A stretch of DNA of 64,000 nt from Segetibacter sp. Lineage in GTDB: Bacteria > Bacteroidota > Bacteroidia > Chitinophagales > Chitinophagaceae. The notes beneath the pieces were generated by a model. It saw only the letters and a program-made list of their open reading frames with translations. It ran no database searches and was not told the DNA's origin. Position numbers and translations under genes: made by a program. This document shows positions 45,408 through 54,833 of the stretch, one piece after another. The stretch lies in NCBI GenBank assembly GCA_031373555.1, contig JANMMU010000021.1:74523-138522 (forward strand). Direction: 5' to 3'. Positions within the stretch are counted from its first letter, which is position 1, and each line of letters opens with the position of its first letter.

Positions 45408-46409
45408 ATGAAAATTCTCTTTTACAGTTCCAAGGCATTTGAAATCCCATATTTACAAAAATCAGCACCACAAAATCTGGAAATAAATTTTATAAAACAA
45501 GCACTATCAACCTCTACAACATCATTGGCTAAAGGCTACGATGCAGTATCCATTTTTGCAGGAGATGATGCATCGGCAGAAGTTATTCATCTCTTAGATA
45601 AAGAAGGGGTAAAATTTATTGCAATTAGAGCTGCCGGATATGATAATGTTGCAATAGCTGATGCTGAACAAGCGGGGATTAAGGTTGCAAATGTACCTGA
45701 ATATTCACCTTATGCAATAGCAGAACATACTGTTGCAATGATGCTTGCACTAAATAGAAAATTAATTACTGCAAATGAACAGGTGTGTAAACACAATTTC
45801 ATGGTAGACAATTTGGTTGGATTTGATCTGCACAAAAAAACGGTAGGCATTATAGGAACAGGTAAAATTGGTAGAATTGTTGCTCATATTATGAATGGTT
45901 TTGGCTGCAAAATATTAGCGTATGACAAAGAAGAAAACGAGAATATTATAAGTAAATACAACGCAACTTACACAGACCTAAACAATCTTTGTAGTTCATC
46001 TGATATTATCACAATACATGTTCCATTAAATGAACATACACGATATATGATTGATGCAAAACTCATTTCCATAATGAAGAAAGGGGTAATGATCATTAAT
46101 ACATCCCGGGGAGGAATTGTAAAAACGGCTGATGTAATAAATGGGCTTCAAACGGGACAAATTGGAAATTATGGAATGGATGTTTATGAACATGAACGAG
46201 GGGTATTCTTTTATGATTATTCAGAAAAAGAATTGAAAGACGAAATGCTAAAAACATTAATCAATCATCCTAATGTATTGGTTACTCCACATCAGGCATT
46301 TGCTACAAACGAAGCTTTAACCAATATTGCAGATACCACTTTTGAAAATCTGATAGCATGGGGTAATGGTAGCAATGCATTACATGAAATTACAATTACC
46401 CATGTTTAA
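45408..46409 (+). CDS. D-isomer-specific 2-hydroxyacid dehydrogenase (D-lactate dehydrogenase-like)
   Basis: NAD-binding GIIGTGKIGR and catalytic Arg/Glu/His context (NTSRGG, TPHQAF). 333 aa. Confidence 0.88.
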   Translation: MKILFYSSKAFEIPYLQKSAPQNLEINFIKQALSTSTTSLAKGYDAVSIFAGDDASAEVIHLLDKEGVKFIAIRAAGYDNVAIADAEQAGIKVANVPEYSPYAIAEHTVAMMLALNRKLITANEQVCKHNFMVDNLVGFDLHKKTVGIIGTGKIGRIVAHIMNGFGCKILAYDKEENENIISKYNATYTDLNNLCSSSDIITIHVPLNEHTRYMIDAKLISIMKKGVMIINTSRGGIVKTADVINGLQTGQIGNYGMDVYEHERGVFFYDYSEKELKDEMLKTLINHPNVLVTPHQAFATNEALTNIADTTFENLIAWGNGSNALHEITITHV

Positions 46410-46451
46410 TAATAACGTTTAATAGACATTTTATTTCAATGATTAAATAGC

Positions 46452-47375
46452 ATGTACCTAATTACAACCATTACACTTAACCCGTGTATTGACAAAAGCA
46501 CAAAAATTCCATTACTCATTCCGGAGAAAAAAATGAGGTGTTCGGCACCTACATTTGAACCGGGTGGAGGTGGAATAAATGTAGCAAGAGTCTTAAACAG
46601 GTTTGGTTGCAATACACTTGCTGTTTATCCGGCGGGTGGATATTCAGGAAAATTTTTAACACAGTTATTATCTAAAGAAAATATTCCTTCCTTATTTATA
46701 GAAACTACCAGTCATACCAGAGAAAACTTAATAGTATTTGAAGAAACTACCGGCAACCAATACCGCTTTGGAATGCCGGGTGCACCACTTCAGGAAAATG
46801 AATTTTTACAATGCCTCAAGGCTGTAGAAGAGTCTGCATCAGAGTTTATAGTTGTAAGCGGAAGTCTTGCACCACAGCAATCTCTGGATGCAATTGCAAC
46901 AATAGCAATGAGAGCTAAACAATTAAACAAAAAGCTTGTGGTAGACACTAGTGGCCCTTCCATTAAAGCTGCATTAGAAATTGGTGTATTTATGATAAAA
47001 CCAAACCTAAGCGAGTTAGGCGTTTTACTTGGCAAGGAAGCAAACTTAGAAACAGCCGGAACATTGGCAAAAGAAATTGTTGAAAAGGGTCAATCTGAAA
47101 ATGTAATTGTATCGCTAGGAAAAGCAGGTGCACTTTTGGTAACCAAAGATCAGCAAATTCAATACACTCCACCAGCAGTACAAACCAAAAGCACAGTGGG
47201 TGCAGGCGACAGTATGGTTGCGGGTATATTATTTCAACTTGTTAATGGATGGGCTATTGCAGATGCTGTTAAATTTGGAGTAGCTTGTGGCACTGCCGCA
47301 ACCATGAACCCGGGTACAGAGTTATGTCACAAAGGAGATGCAGAAGAACTATTTTCCAGGATTACAACTCTTTAG
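46452..47375 (+). CDS. PfkB-family hexose/1-phosphofructokinase-type kinase
   Basis: TLNPCIDKS start, GGGGINVARV and C-terminal GAGDSMVAG motifs. Confidence 0.88.
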   Translation: MYLITTITLNPCIDKSTKIPLLIPEKKMRCSAPTFEPGGGGINVARVLNRFGCNTLAVYPAGGYSGKFLTQLLSKENIPSLFIETTSHTRENLIVFEETTGNQYRFGMPGAPLQENEFLQCLKAVEESASEFIVVSGSLAPQQSLDAIATIAMRAKQLNKKLVVDTSGPSIKAALEIGVFMIKPNLSELGVLLGKEANLETAGTLAKEIVEKGQSENVIVSLGKAGALLVTKDQQIQYTPPAVQTKSTVGAGDSMVAGILFQLVNGWAIADAVKFGVACGTAATMNPGTELCHKGDAEELFSRITTL

Positions 47376-47427
47376 TTTGTTTGGCATCCTTAAAAAAATT
47401 GCTGCAAACTGTTCTGAAAAAATAATT

Positions 47428-48954
47428 ATGACGAAGCTTTTATTTATTTTACTCATTTTCATTTTAAACAATTCTTTTGGGCAAATCATACCGGATAGAG
47501 CGTTGCAATTCCGTGATGCCGATTCTTCTATTCAAAATTACCAACTGGGAACAACTCTGTTTTATCAATTAAACAACAATAAATTAGCGTGGGTAGGTAA
47601 AGACAATAGTGGTGTTAGAAATGATCTTTGCTCCATTTTCTCATACGCAAAACAATTAGCGTTGAAAGATGATAAATTCACTAACCCTTATTGTAAGCTA
47701 CAAGAATTACAATTATCATCTCTTGACGACAGCATAAAATTAGACATGAAAATAACAAATGCTGCAATACTATTTTTAAAAAACCTACGGTTTGGAAATG
47801 CATCTCCGGAATTTAGTTATAAAGGGCTATCTTATCAACCTGATTATATTCAGATTGCAGAATTATTAGCGCAATTCTACCATAAAAATAAGTTGAAAGA
47901 TCTGTTAGCTTATTTAGAACCAACTGCATTAGAATATGTTAATGCTAAAAAGCTATTCAATCAATTTCAACAGATATCATATCAAAAACAATTTTCAGAA
48001 ATCTTTGTAACTTCTACTAAAGTAGACAACAAAAATCTTTCACTATTAAATAAGTTGAGGCAGTTGGGTATAGTAGAAAGTATAGGTAATATAAACCAAA
48101 ATGTGCTTGTACAAAAAGTCCAACAAGCTCAAAAATTATTTAACCTACCACCTTCAGGACTCCTTGATCAATCCACTTTAAAAGCAATTAACCTTCCTCT
48201 TAAAAACAGATTAGAGGAACTAAGGAATGCCATAGATAACATTAAATGGATAGGAGAAAAAAGAAAAACAAATATTGTGGGTATTGTAAATATCCCGTCT
48301 GCAAATTTGTATGTTTATCAAAATGATACCTTGGCAATTTACTCAAAAGTAATTGTTGGTAAACCATCAACTAAAACACCAACATTAAGTAGTAAGGTTG
48401 CTGAAGTTGTTATTTATCCTTATTGGAATGTACCACAAAAAATTGCCCGGAGGGAATTACTTCCTGCTATAAAAAGAAATATTGGTTATCTGGAAAGAAA
48501 TAATTTTCAGGTACTTAATAGTGATGGGAAATTAATGAACCCATATTCTATTAGATGGAGAAGGCTTAGTAGCAATTGGTTTCCATATACATTAAGACAA
48601 TCCACAGGTTGTGATAATTCACTAGGCATTTTGAAATTTAATTTCAATAACCCATTCACTGTGTATCTGCATGACACTCCAAAAAAAGATGCATTTAATT
48701 TAAGTAAACGATTTTTGAGCCATGGTTGTGTCAGGGTAGAAAAACCAATAGAATTAGCCCGATTATTAATGGATACTGAGGCAAATTCACTGGACAGTCT
48801 TACCTATCAGTGTTTAAAAAAACAGGAACCAAAAATTATTCCTTTAATCAAACCCATGGATATTATAATTCTATACAACACCGCATGGTTTAATCAGGAT
48901 GGGGAAATAATATTTTACGAAGATGTTTATTCTAAAAACCAAATGAAACCATGA
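47428..48954 (+). CDS. L,D-transpeptidase (YkuD domain) with peptidoglycan-binding domain
   Basis: Catalytic HDTP...SHGCVRV motif and a PG_binding_1-like segment (AQKLFNLPPSGLLDQSTLKAIN). Signal peptide from the ATG at 47428; the track start at 47338 overlaps pfkB and looks spurious. Confidence 0.8.
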   Translation: MTKLLFILLIFILNNSFGQIIPDRALQFRDADSSIQNYQLGTTLFYQLNNNKLAWVGKDNSGVRNDLCSIFSYAKQLALKDDKFTNPYCKLQELQLSSLDDSIKLDMKITNAAILFLKNLRFGNASPEFSYKGLSYQPDYIQIAELLAQFYHKNKLKDLLAYLEPTALEYVNAKKLFNQFQQISYQKQFSEIFVTSTKVDNKNLSLLNKLRQLGIVESIGNINQNVLVQKVQQAQKLFNLPPSGLLDQSTLKAINLPLKNRLEELRNAIDNIKWIGEKRKTNIVGIVNIPSANLYVYQNDTLAIYSKVIVGKPSTKTPTLSSKVAEVVIYPYWNVPQKIARRELLPAIKRNIGYLERNNFQVLNSDGKLMNPYSIRWRRLSSNWFPYTLRQSTGCDNSLGILKFNFNNPFTVYLHDTPKKDAFNLSKRFLSHGCVRVEKPIELARLLMDTEANSLDSLTYQCLKKQEPKIIPLIKPMDIIILYNTAWFNQDGEIIFYEDVYSKNQMKP

Positions 48955-48979
48955 ATTGTGGTAATACAACCACTATTTC

Positions 48980-49453
48980 CTAACCATGCACAAATGGCGA
49001 CTCCATAGAAGTTTCATATTTACCTGTCCGGTTGTTTAGTTTTATTCTAAATATTATCCCCTCTATAGTTTCTGAATCACTTGAAGTAAATGGCCAGTTT
49101 TTTCCAAGATGGGTTGTAATACTTGATGTAACTGGTAAATGTCTGTTCAACAACAATTGTAAAGCGGCTTTGTATTCCTCCTTGTCAACAATTTCCTCAT
49201 ATCTTCCCCAGGCTATTACGCTTTGCCAGTTACCCATATTCTTTATATCATCAACCTCAAAACAAACTTCAGGATTTTTACGCATTGCGTCTACCTTAAG
49301 CCCTTCAAATGTGTGTGCATAAATACTATTTCCTTCAAATGCATAGCTAATGGGAACTATGTAAACTTTACCATCCAATGAGCAACCTATACGCCCAACT
49401 ACTTCATTTTTAAGAAGTTTATCTATTTCAATTTCAGAAAGATTACCTATCAT
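48980..49453 (-). CDS. Pyridoxamine 5'-phosphate oxidase-like FMN-binding protein (Pyridox_ox_2 type)
   Basis: The family pattern VGRIGCSLDGKVYIVPISYAFEGNSIYAH....G.K...MRKNPEVCFEVD is present. 157 aa. Confidence 0.8.
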   Translation of the reverse strand: MIGNLSEIEIDKLLKNEVVGRIGCSLDGKVYIVPISYAFEGNSIYAHTFEGLKVDAMRKNPEVCFEVDDIKNMGNWQSVIAWGRYEEIVDKEEYKAALQLLLNRHLPVTSSITTHLGKNWPFTSSDSETIEGIIFRIKLNNRTGKYETSMESPFVHG

Positions 49454-49492
49454 ACTTTTTTTTCAAAAGTAATCCGCGGTGTCTGCTAAATC

Positions 49493-49508
49493 TGTGACAG
49501 AGATCAAC
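49493..49508. promoter_or_regulatory. CRP/FNR-like site TGTGA-N6-TCAAC
   Basis: TGTGACAGAGATCAAC lies 40-55 nt upstream of the minus-strand start at 49453, with one mismatch to a TGTGA-N6-TCACA palindrome. Confidence 0.35.
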
Positions 49509-49603
49509 AATGAAGCTGACATTTGTCATAAAATACTGCAATAAAATAAGGTATAAGTTATTTTAAAGCTTATCGGTTTCAGTTTTTTTCTCCTTAACTC
49601 ATA

Positions 49604-49631
49604 TTTAAACATGACATAAATCATGTTTAAA
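49604..49631. promoter_or_regulatory. Perfect 11-6-11 inverted repeat, candidate operator
   Basis: TTTAAACATGA-CATAAA-TCATGTTTAAA has perfect arms and a TGA-N6-TCA core as in Crp/Fnr sites. It lies 84-111 nt upstream of the RIC gene ATG (49715). Confidence 0.5.
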
Positions 49632-49714
49632 GAATGCATAACCTAATATTTTTGCCATTAACAATTTTCACATCTCTTAGCGGTAATAGAAAATTTAAAA
49701 AAAGGTTCGCAGTT

Positions 49715-50443
49715 ATGTTTGATACACAGATGACAATAAGTGAAATCGTCCAGTCAGATTATAGGACTGCTGATGTTTTCAAGAGTTATAATATTAACTA
49801 TTGCTGTAGCGGTAGAATTTCTTTGGAAGAAGCTTGCAAAATAAAGGGTATTGATACAGAGACTATTCTACATGATATAGAGGGAGCAACACGAAATATA
49901 AACCTGCCAAACAATCTTGATTTTGCATCATGGAATATAGATTTTCTAATAGACTATATCATTAATGTACATCATGGGTATCTTAAACTTGCTCTGCCTC
50001 AATTAGAGTTGCGTTTAGTAAGTTTTGCTACAGGCCATGCAAAAAAGTATCCTGAACTTGCAATCATACAGGATACATTTATGAAATTGTTACCCCTGTT
50101 ATATTCTCACAATCTACACGAAGAAGAGGTCATTTTCCCCTACATTAAGCAGATATATATTGCAAACCGAAGGAAGGAAAGCTATGCCAATCTTTTTGTA
50201 AAAACACTGCGCAAACCTCTTGATAATATTGACATGGAGCACTCGAAAATAAGTAAATTATTAGAGCGTTTAAAGACGGACACAAATAATTACACCTTTC
50301 CGGAAAAAGCTTGTACTAATCATCAGGTACTTTATCATAAATTGAAAGAACTTCATACAGATATGGTTCAACATAAACATCTTGAAAAGAATTTGCTTTT
50401 TCCAAAAGCTATTGCAATAGAAATGGAATTACTCCAACTCTAA
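49715..50443 (+). CDS. Iron-sulfur cluster repair di-iron protein (RIC; YtfE/ScdA family)
   Basis: ScdA_N motif (ADVFKSYNINYCCSGRISLEEAC), then hemerythrin-like His/Glu motifs (HH.YL, HN.HEEE..FP, H...E). The ATG at 49715 is preferred because the track start at 49634 abuts the palindrome. Confidence 0.88.
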   Translation: MFDTQMTISEIVQSDYRTADVFKSYNINYCCSGRISLEEACKIKGIDTETILHDIEGATRNINLPNNLDFASWNIDFLIDYIINVHHGYLKLALPQLELRLVSFATGHAKKYPELAIIQDTFMKLLPLLYSHNLHEEEVIFPYIKQIYIANRRKESYANLFVKTLRKPLDNIDMEHSKISKLLERLKTDTNNYTFPEKACTNHQVLYHKLKELHTDMVQHKHLEKNLLFPKAIAIEMELLQL

Positions 50444-50476
50444 AACAACCCTTAAGTTTGCATAAATCAATAGCTA

Positions 50477-51709
50477 ATGCAATTTGATATTGTCCACCTT
50501 ACTTCTTTGTTTGAAAACGCTACAGAGGGGCTGCTTGTAACAAATAACAGTGGTGATATTATACTGGTAAACCCTTCTGCCTGTCGCATGTTTGGTTACC
50601 AGCAAAATGAATTGCCCGGTCAAAAAATTGAAATTTTAATTCCTTCGCAATTTAAAAACGACCATGTAAATCTTAGGGATGGATTTTATCAAAATCCCCA
50701 CAACAGGGTTATGGGACATGGCCGGGATTTGTTTGCACAAAAAAAAGATGGTTCCAGTTTTCCTGTTGAGGTTAGTCTTAGCACTTACCTTCGGGAGGAT
50801 AGTAGATATGTTATAGCTTTCATAGTTGACATTACCCATAGAAAGGAGATTGAGAAAAGCATGGTTGATCAGCAATTGCAATTGGAGAAAATTACCAATG
50901 AAATGCGAAAACTTAATGCTGAATTGGAAGCGAAGGTTGAAGAGCGAACAATTATATTGAAAGAAGCCTTACAACGGCTTGAGCAATCGCAGAGTGAATT
51001 AAATATGGCGTTGAACAAGGAAAAACAACTCAATGAAATAAAAAGCAGGTTTGTTTCCATGGCCAGTCATGAGTTCAGGACACCTTTAAGTACCGTTTTG
51101 TCGTCGGCCTCATTAATTAGTAAATATACCATCACCGAAGACCAGGATAAAAGAAACCGGCACATTGAAAAGATTAAAGGATCTGTAAAGCATTTAAATG
51201 ATTTACTTGAAGACTTTTTATCTCTTGGCAAGTTAGATGAAGGCAAGGTAGGTACCACATTTGAAGAATTTAATCTGAATGAATTACTTGCGGATATTAT
51301 TGCAGATATGAATGGCTTGCTCAAAGATAACCAGGAAATTCTCTACACATTTTCCGGCATAGAAGTAATAGAAAGTGATAAGAAGCTTGTTCGAAATGTT
51401 GTAATCAATCTTATCACTAACGCTATTAAATTTTCTGATGAAGGGTCATCAATATTTATTAACAGTTCTGTACTGGAGAATGTTACAGTTTCTGTCAGGG
51501 ATCAGGGTATAGGCATTTCAGAAGAAGACAGGGTGCATTTATTTTCATCATTTTTCAGGGGAAAGAATGCATTTAATATACAAGGCACCGGCCTTGGTTT
51601 ACATATTGTAAAGCGCTACATTGATTTGTTAGGGGGTACCATAAATCTTGAAAGCGAAATCGGAAAGGGAACTAACATTACTTTCACACTGGTACCAAAA
51701 CATTTATAA
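50477..51709 (+). CDS. Cytoplasmic PAS-domain sensor histidine kinase
   Basis: PAS S-box (GLLVTNNSGDIILVNPSACRMFGY), a coiled coil, the H-box SHEFRTPL and N/G boxes (NAIKFS, GTGLGLHIV). No TM segment. Confidence 0.9.
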   Translation: MQFDIVHLTSLFENATEGLLVTNNSGDIILVNPSACRMFGYQQNELPGQKIEILIPSQFKNDHVNLRDGFYQNPHNRVMGHGRDLFAQKKDGSSFPVEVSLSTYLREDSRYVIAFIVDITHRKEIEKSMVDQQLQLEKITNEMRKLNAELEAKVEERTIILKEALQRLEQSQSELNMALNKEKQLNEIKSRFVSMASHEFRTPLSTVLSSASLISKYTITEDQDKRNRHIEKIKGSVKHLNDLLEDFLSLGKLDEGKVGTTFEEFNLNELLADIIADMNGLLKDNQEILYTFSGIEVIESDKKLVRNVVINLITNAIKFSDEGSSIFINSSVLENVTVSVRDQGIGISEEDRVHLFSSFFRGKNAFNIQGTGLGLHIVKRYIDLLGGTINLESEIGKGTNITFTLVPKHL

Positions 51710-51710
51710 C

Positions 51711-52769
51711 ATGGAAAAGTCTGTACTTGTAATTGAGGATAACAACGACATTAGAGAAAATACCGCAGAAATACTTGACCTGGCAGGCTATAAGACATTT
51801 ACCGCAGAGAATGGAAGGAAAGGTGTTGAGATAGCCATAAGGGAAATTCCTTCGGTAATAGTTTGTGATATAATGATGCCCGAATTAGATGGTTATGGGG
51901 TTTTGCATTTGCTAAGAAAAAATGATAGTACACAAAATATCCCTTTCATTTTTCTTACAGCAAAAACCGAAAGAAGCGATTTTAGAAAAAGTATGGAAAT
52001 GGGCGCAGACGACTACATTACCAAACCTTTTGATGATATTGAACTCTTGAATGCTGTAGAAACCCGCTTAAAAAAGTCCGCTATTCTGGAACAAAAATAT
52101 CCCGCATCATCCAGTGGTTTATCTCAGTTTTTAAAAGATTTAAAAACTGCAGGTCTTGTTGAAAAGCTTTCCGAGGAATATGAGGTGCAAAGCTATGATA
52201 AGAAACAAGTGCTATATATGGAGGGAAAAAGACCCAGATATTTGTACTACCTTATGAAAGGAAAAGTAAAAGGTGTTAAAGTAAACGATGAAGGGAAAGA
52301 ATACATAACCAATCTATATTCCGATGGGGATTTTATTGGGTATACAGCATTGATAGAAGATAAAAATTACGATGATAGTGCTACAATCTTAGAGGATGCT
52401 GAAATTCTTCAAATATCTAAAGATGATTTTTTACAAATGATATATAGCGATATAAGTATTGCATCTAAATTTATTCATATTATTACCCAAAACGTAAAAG
52501 AAAAAGAAGATCGGCTTTTAGACCTTGCATATAGCTCGTTACGTAAAAGAATTGCTAAAGCATTGGTTGACATCGTGGCTAAGTTTAACTTAAAGGAACA
52601 AACCTCACCAATTGAAATTTCAAGAGAAGATATTGCCCATTACGTAGGAACTGCTACAGAATCGCTCATAAGAACCTTAAGCGATTTTAAATCTGAAAAA
52701 CTAATTGATATTAAAACAGGCAAAATAATTGTCAATAATGTTGAAAAGTTAAAAAACCTACTTTATTGA
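51711..52769 (+). CDS. Hybrid response regulator: REC receiver fused to a Crp/Fnr-type cNMP-binding-like domain and HTH
   Basis: REC motifs (VLVIEDN, CDIMMPELDG, LTAK). These are followed by a beta-barrel effector-like domain (YMEGKRPRYLYYLMKGKVK) and a Crp-type HTH (SREDIAHYVGTATESLIRTLSDF). The start is 1 nt after the kinase stop. Confidence 0.85.
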   Translation: MEKSVLVIEDNNDIRENTAEILDLAGYKTFTAENGRKGVEIAIREIPSVIVCDIMMPELDGYGVLHLLRKNDSTQNIPFIFLTAKTERSDFRKSMEMGADDYITKPFDDIELLNAVETRLKKSAILEQKYPASSSGLSQFLKDLKTAGLVEKLSEEYEVQSYDKKQVLYMEGKRPRYLYYLMKGKVKGVKVNDEGKEYITNLYSDGDFIGYTALIEDKNYDDSATILEDAEILQISKDDFLQMIYSDISIASKFIHIITQNVKEKEDRLLDLAYSSLRKRIAKALVDIVAKFNLKEQTSPIEISREDIAHYVGTATESLIRTLSDFKSEKLIDIKTGKIIVNNVEKLKNLLY

Positions 52770-52855
52770 TCATTTATCCCCTTTCCTGATTTAAATCTTG
52801 CAAAGAGTTTACAAAAGTCATGTTTTCAGGCAAATGCAGTTTTTAATTTAGCTAA

Positions 52856-54226
52856 ATGAAAACTGAAGTTGTAAACCCGTTGTTGGTAAAAAAATATAAC
52901 CAATCTGTACCACGTTATACAAGTTACCCAACAGTACCTGTTTGGAAAACTGAACCCGATACGGAGGCGTGGTTTTCAACATTTAAGAGTGCATTTGAAA
53001 GTCAAAATTATATAAATGGTATTTCGCTTTACATCCATCTTCCATTTTGCGAATCGCTTTGTACTTACTGTGGATGCAATAAAAAAATTACCACCAACCA
53101 CTCCGTTGAAGATGAATACATAGCTGCAATTGAAAAGGAATGGTTGCATTATAGAAAGTTAATGAATCAAACGCCTGTAATACGGGAAATCCATTTAGGC
53201 GGTGGTACGCCTACTTTTTTTTCTCCTAAAAATATAAAGCGACTTATAAATTTCATTAAGCGGGAAAGCATAATACACCCACATCATGAGTTTAGCATAG
53301 AAGGGCATCCAAACAATACAACACATCAACATCTCAAAACTTTATATGATGAAGGTTTTCGAAGAATAAGCTATGGGGTACAGGATAATGATGCAGAAGT
53401 GCAAAGGGTCATTAACAGGCACCAGCCATGGGAAAATGTTATTGCAGCTACAAACAATGCCCGTTCAGTAGGGTACAAATCGGTAAACTTTGATTTAATA
53501 TACGGACTGCCCCGGCAAACAATAAAAAGTATAGAAACAACTATTAACCAGGTTTTAGAACTACACCCCGAAAGAATTGACTTTTATAGCTATGCTCATG
53601 TACCGTGGACAAGTAAAGCCCAGCGCTTGTTTGATGAGATTGATTTGCCTAAACCGGATGAGAAAATACATTTGTATTTAAAAGGAAAAGAGCTGCTGCT
53701 AAAGTATGGATATCGTGATATTGGGATGGATCATTTTGCACTACCCGGAGATGACTTGCATACCGCTTGGCAAAACGGGAACCTCCATCGAAATTTCATG
53801 GGGTATACCACACAGAATACCGGGTTGTTGATAGGCTTAGGTGTTTCGGCAATTAGTGAGGCTGGCAATGCTTATGCCCAAAATACCAAAACACTTCATG
53901 ATTATTACGGAAGAATTAATGCTAATAAAAGCACTTTGCAAAGAACATATATCCTAAGCCAATTAGATGTTGATTTTAAAAACTATATTTTAAACATAAG
54001 CTGCAAAGGAACAACCACTTTTAAGACAGAAAATATGCAAGTATTAGAAGAATTTGTTTTCCCAAAATTAGCCGGACTAGAAAATGATGGTTTGATAAAA
54101 TGGAATAGTAAAGGACTAAACCTTACAGAGCAGGGAAGAAATTTTATTAGGAATATTTGTAGCGCATTTGATCTTTATTTCCCACAAAATCAATCAAATA
54201 ACCAGGTTTTTAGTAAAGCAATTTAA
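52856..54226 (+). CDS. hemN: Oxygen-independent coproporphyrinogen III oxidase (radical SAM)
   Basis: VPRYTSYPT start, radical SAM cluster CESLCTYCGC, GGGTPTF, and a HemN_C region. 456 aa. Confidence 0.92.
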   Translation: MKTEVVNPLLVKKYNQSVPRYTSYPTVPVWKTEPDTEAWFSTFKSAFESQNYINGISLYIHLPFCESLCTYCGCNKKITTNHSVEDEYIAAIEKEWLHYRKLMNQTPVIREIHLGGGTPTFFSPKNIKRLINFIKRESIIHPHHEFSIEGHPNNTTHQHLKTLYDEGFRRISYGVQDNDAEVQRVINRHQPWENVIAATNNARSVGYKSVNFDLIYGLPRQTIKSIETTINQVLELHPERIDFYSYAHVPWTSKAQRLFDEIDLPKPDEKIHLYLKGKELLLKYGYRDIGMDHFALPGDDLHTAWQNGNLHRNFMGYTTQNTGLLIGLGVSAISEAGNAYAQNTKTLHDYYGRINANKSTLQRTYILSQLDVDFKNYILNISCKGTTTFKTENMQVLEEFVFPKLAGLENDGLIKWNSKGLNLTEQGRNFIRNICSAFDLYFPQNQSNNQVFSKAI

Positions 54227-54344
54227 TGAATACGGAGTGTCTGGGTATCATATTTTCCCGGTTATATAAAGACAAAATGAGCTTACCGGATTGATTTATC
54301 AAACCAGCAAACCCATTTTTAATTACTTTTCAGCAATCTTTTGG

Positions 54345-54623
54345 TTAATCTACGTTTACCATTTTATGAAACATGTAAACCAAAGCAAACATCATAAACA
54401 GGATACCCATAGCGGTAGTCATTTTGTTTTGACGTTTTCTCCATGTTCTCAAATGGCGAAAGTTGGTCATCTTTAGGTCAATTTTCGAATAATGAAAAAA
54501 CTTGAGAGAATCCCAATATTTTTCATAGCTGAAGTACAAAACAGTTTTTACAAGAAATGTACTCAATAGCAACATAAGTAGAAGTTGCTCTAAGTCAACA
54601 ATGTAATCACCAATGCTTTTCAT
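54345..54623 (-). CDS. Possible small two-TM membrane protein (uncertain)
   Basis: 92-aa ORF with two hydrophobic stretches (LLLMLLLSTFLVKTVLYF, MGILFMMFALVYMF) in an otherwise gene-free 580-bp spacer. It is very AT-rich and competes with the plus-strand ORF 54291-54476, so it may be non-coding. Confidence 0.35.
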   Translation of the reverse strand: MKSIGDYIVDLEQLLLMLLLSTFLVKTVLYFSYEKYWDSLKFFHYSKIDLKMTNFRHLRTWRKRQNKMTTAMGILFMMFALVYMFHKMVNVD

Positions 54624-54833
54624 AATAATTAAAAATTAAATTAATTAACGTAACTGGAACGGTTTATTTCTTTGAATATTGTATGTAAAGTAAATTTTGT
54701 GCCAAAATTTATTAACACTCTGAATTAGTATTTTAAAAATATATATTTATTCACATTTGTAAAATATTGATAAATTCTTTTTAAATCATAATTACATTTT
54801 TTCTTAGCAATGTGCTTACTACCTTTACTGCCT

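Noticed and set aside
54291-54476. 61-aa plus-strand ORF in the hemN-uvrA spacer.
   Set aside because: It overlaps the slightly more convincing 92-aa minus-strand ORF and has a His/Lys-rich low-complexity tail. Neither ORF can be confirmed, and the region may simply be non-coding.
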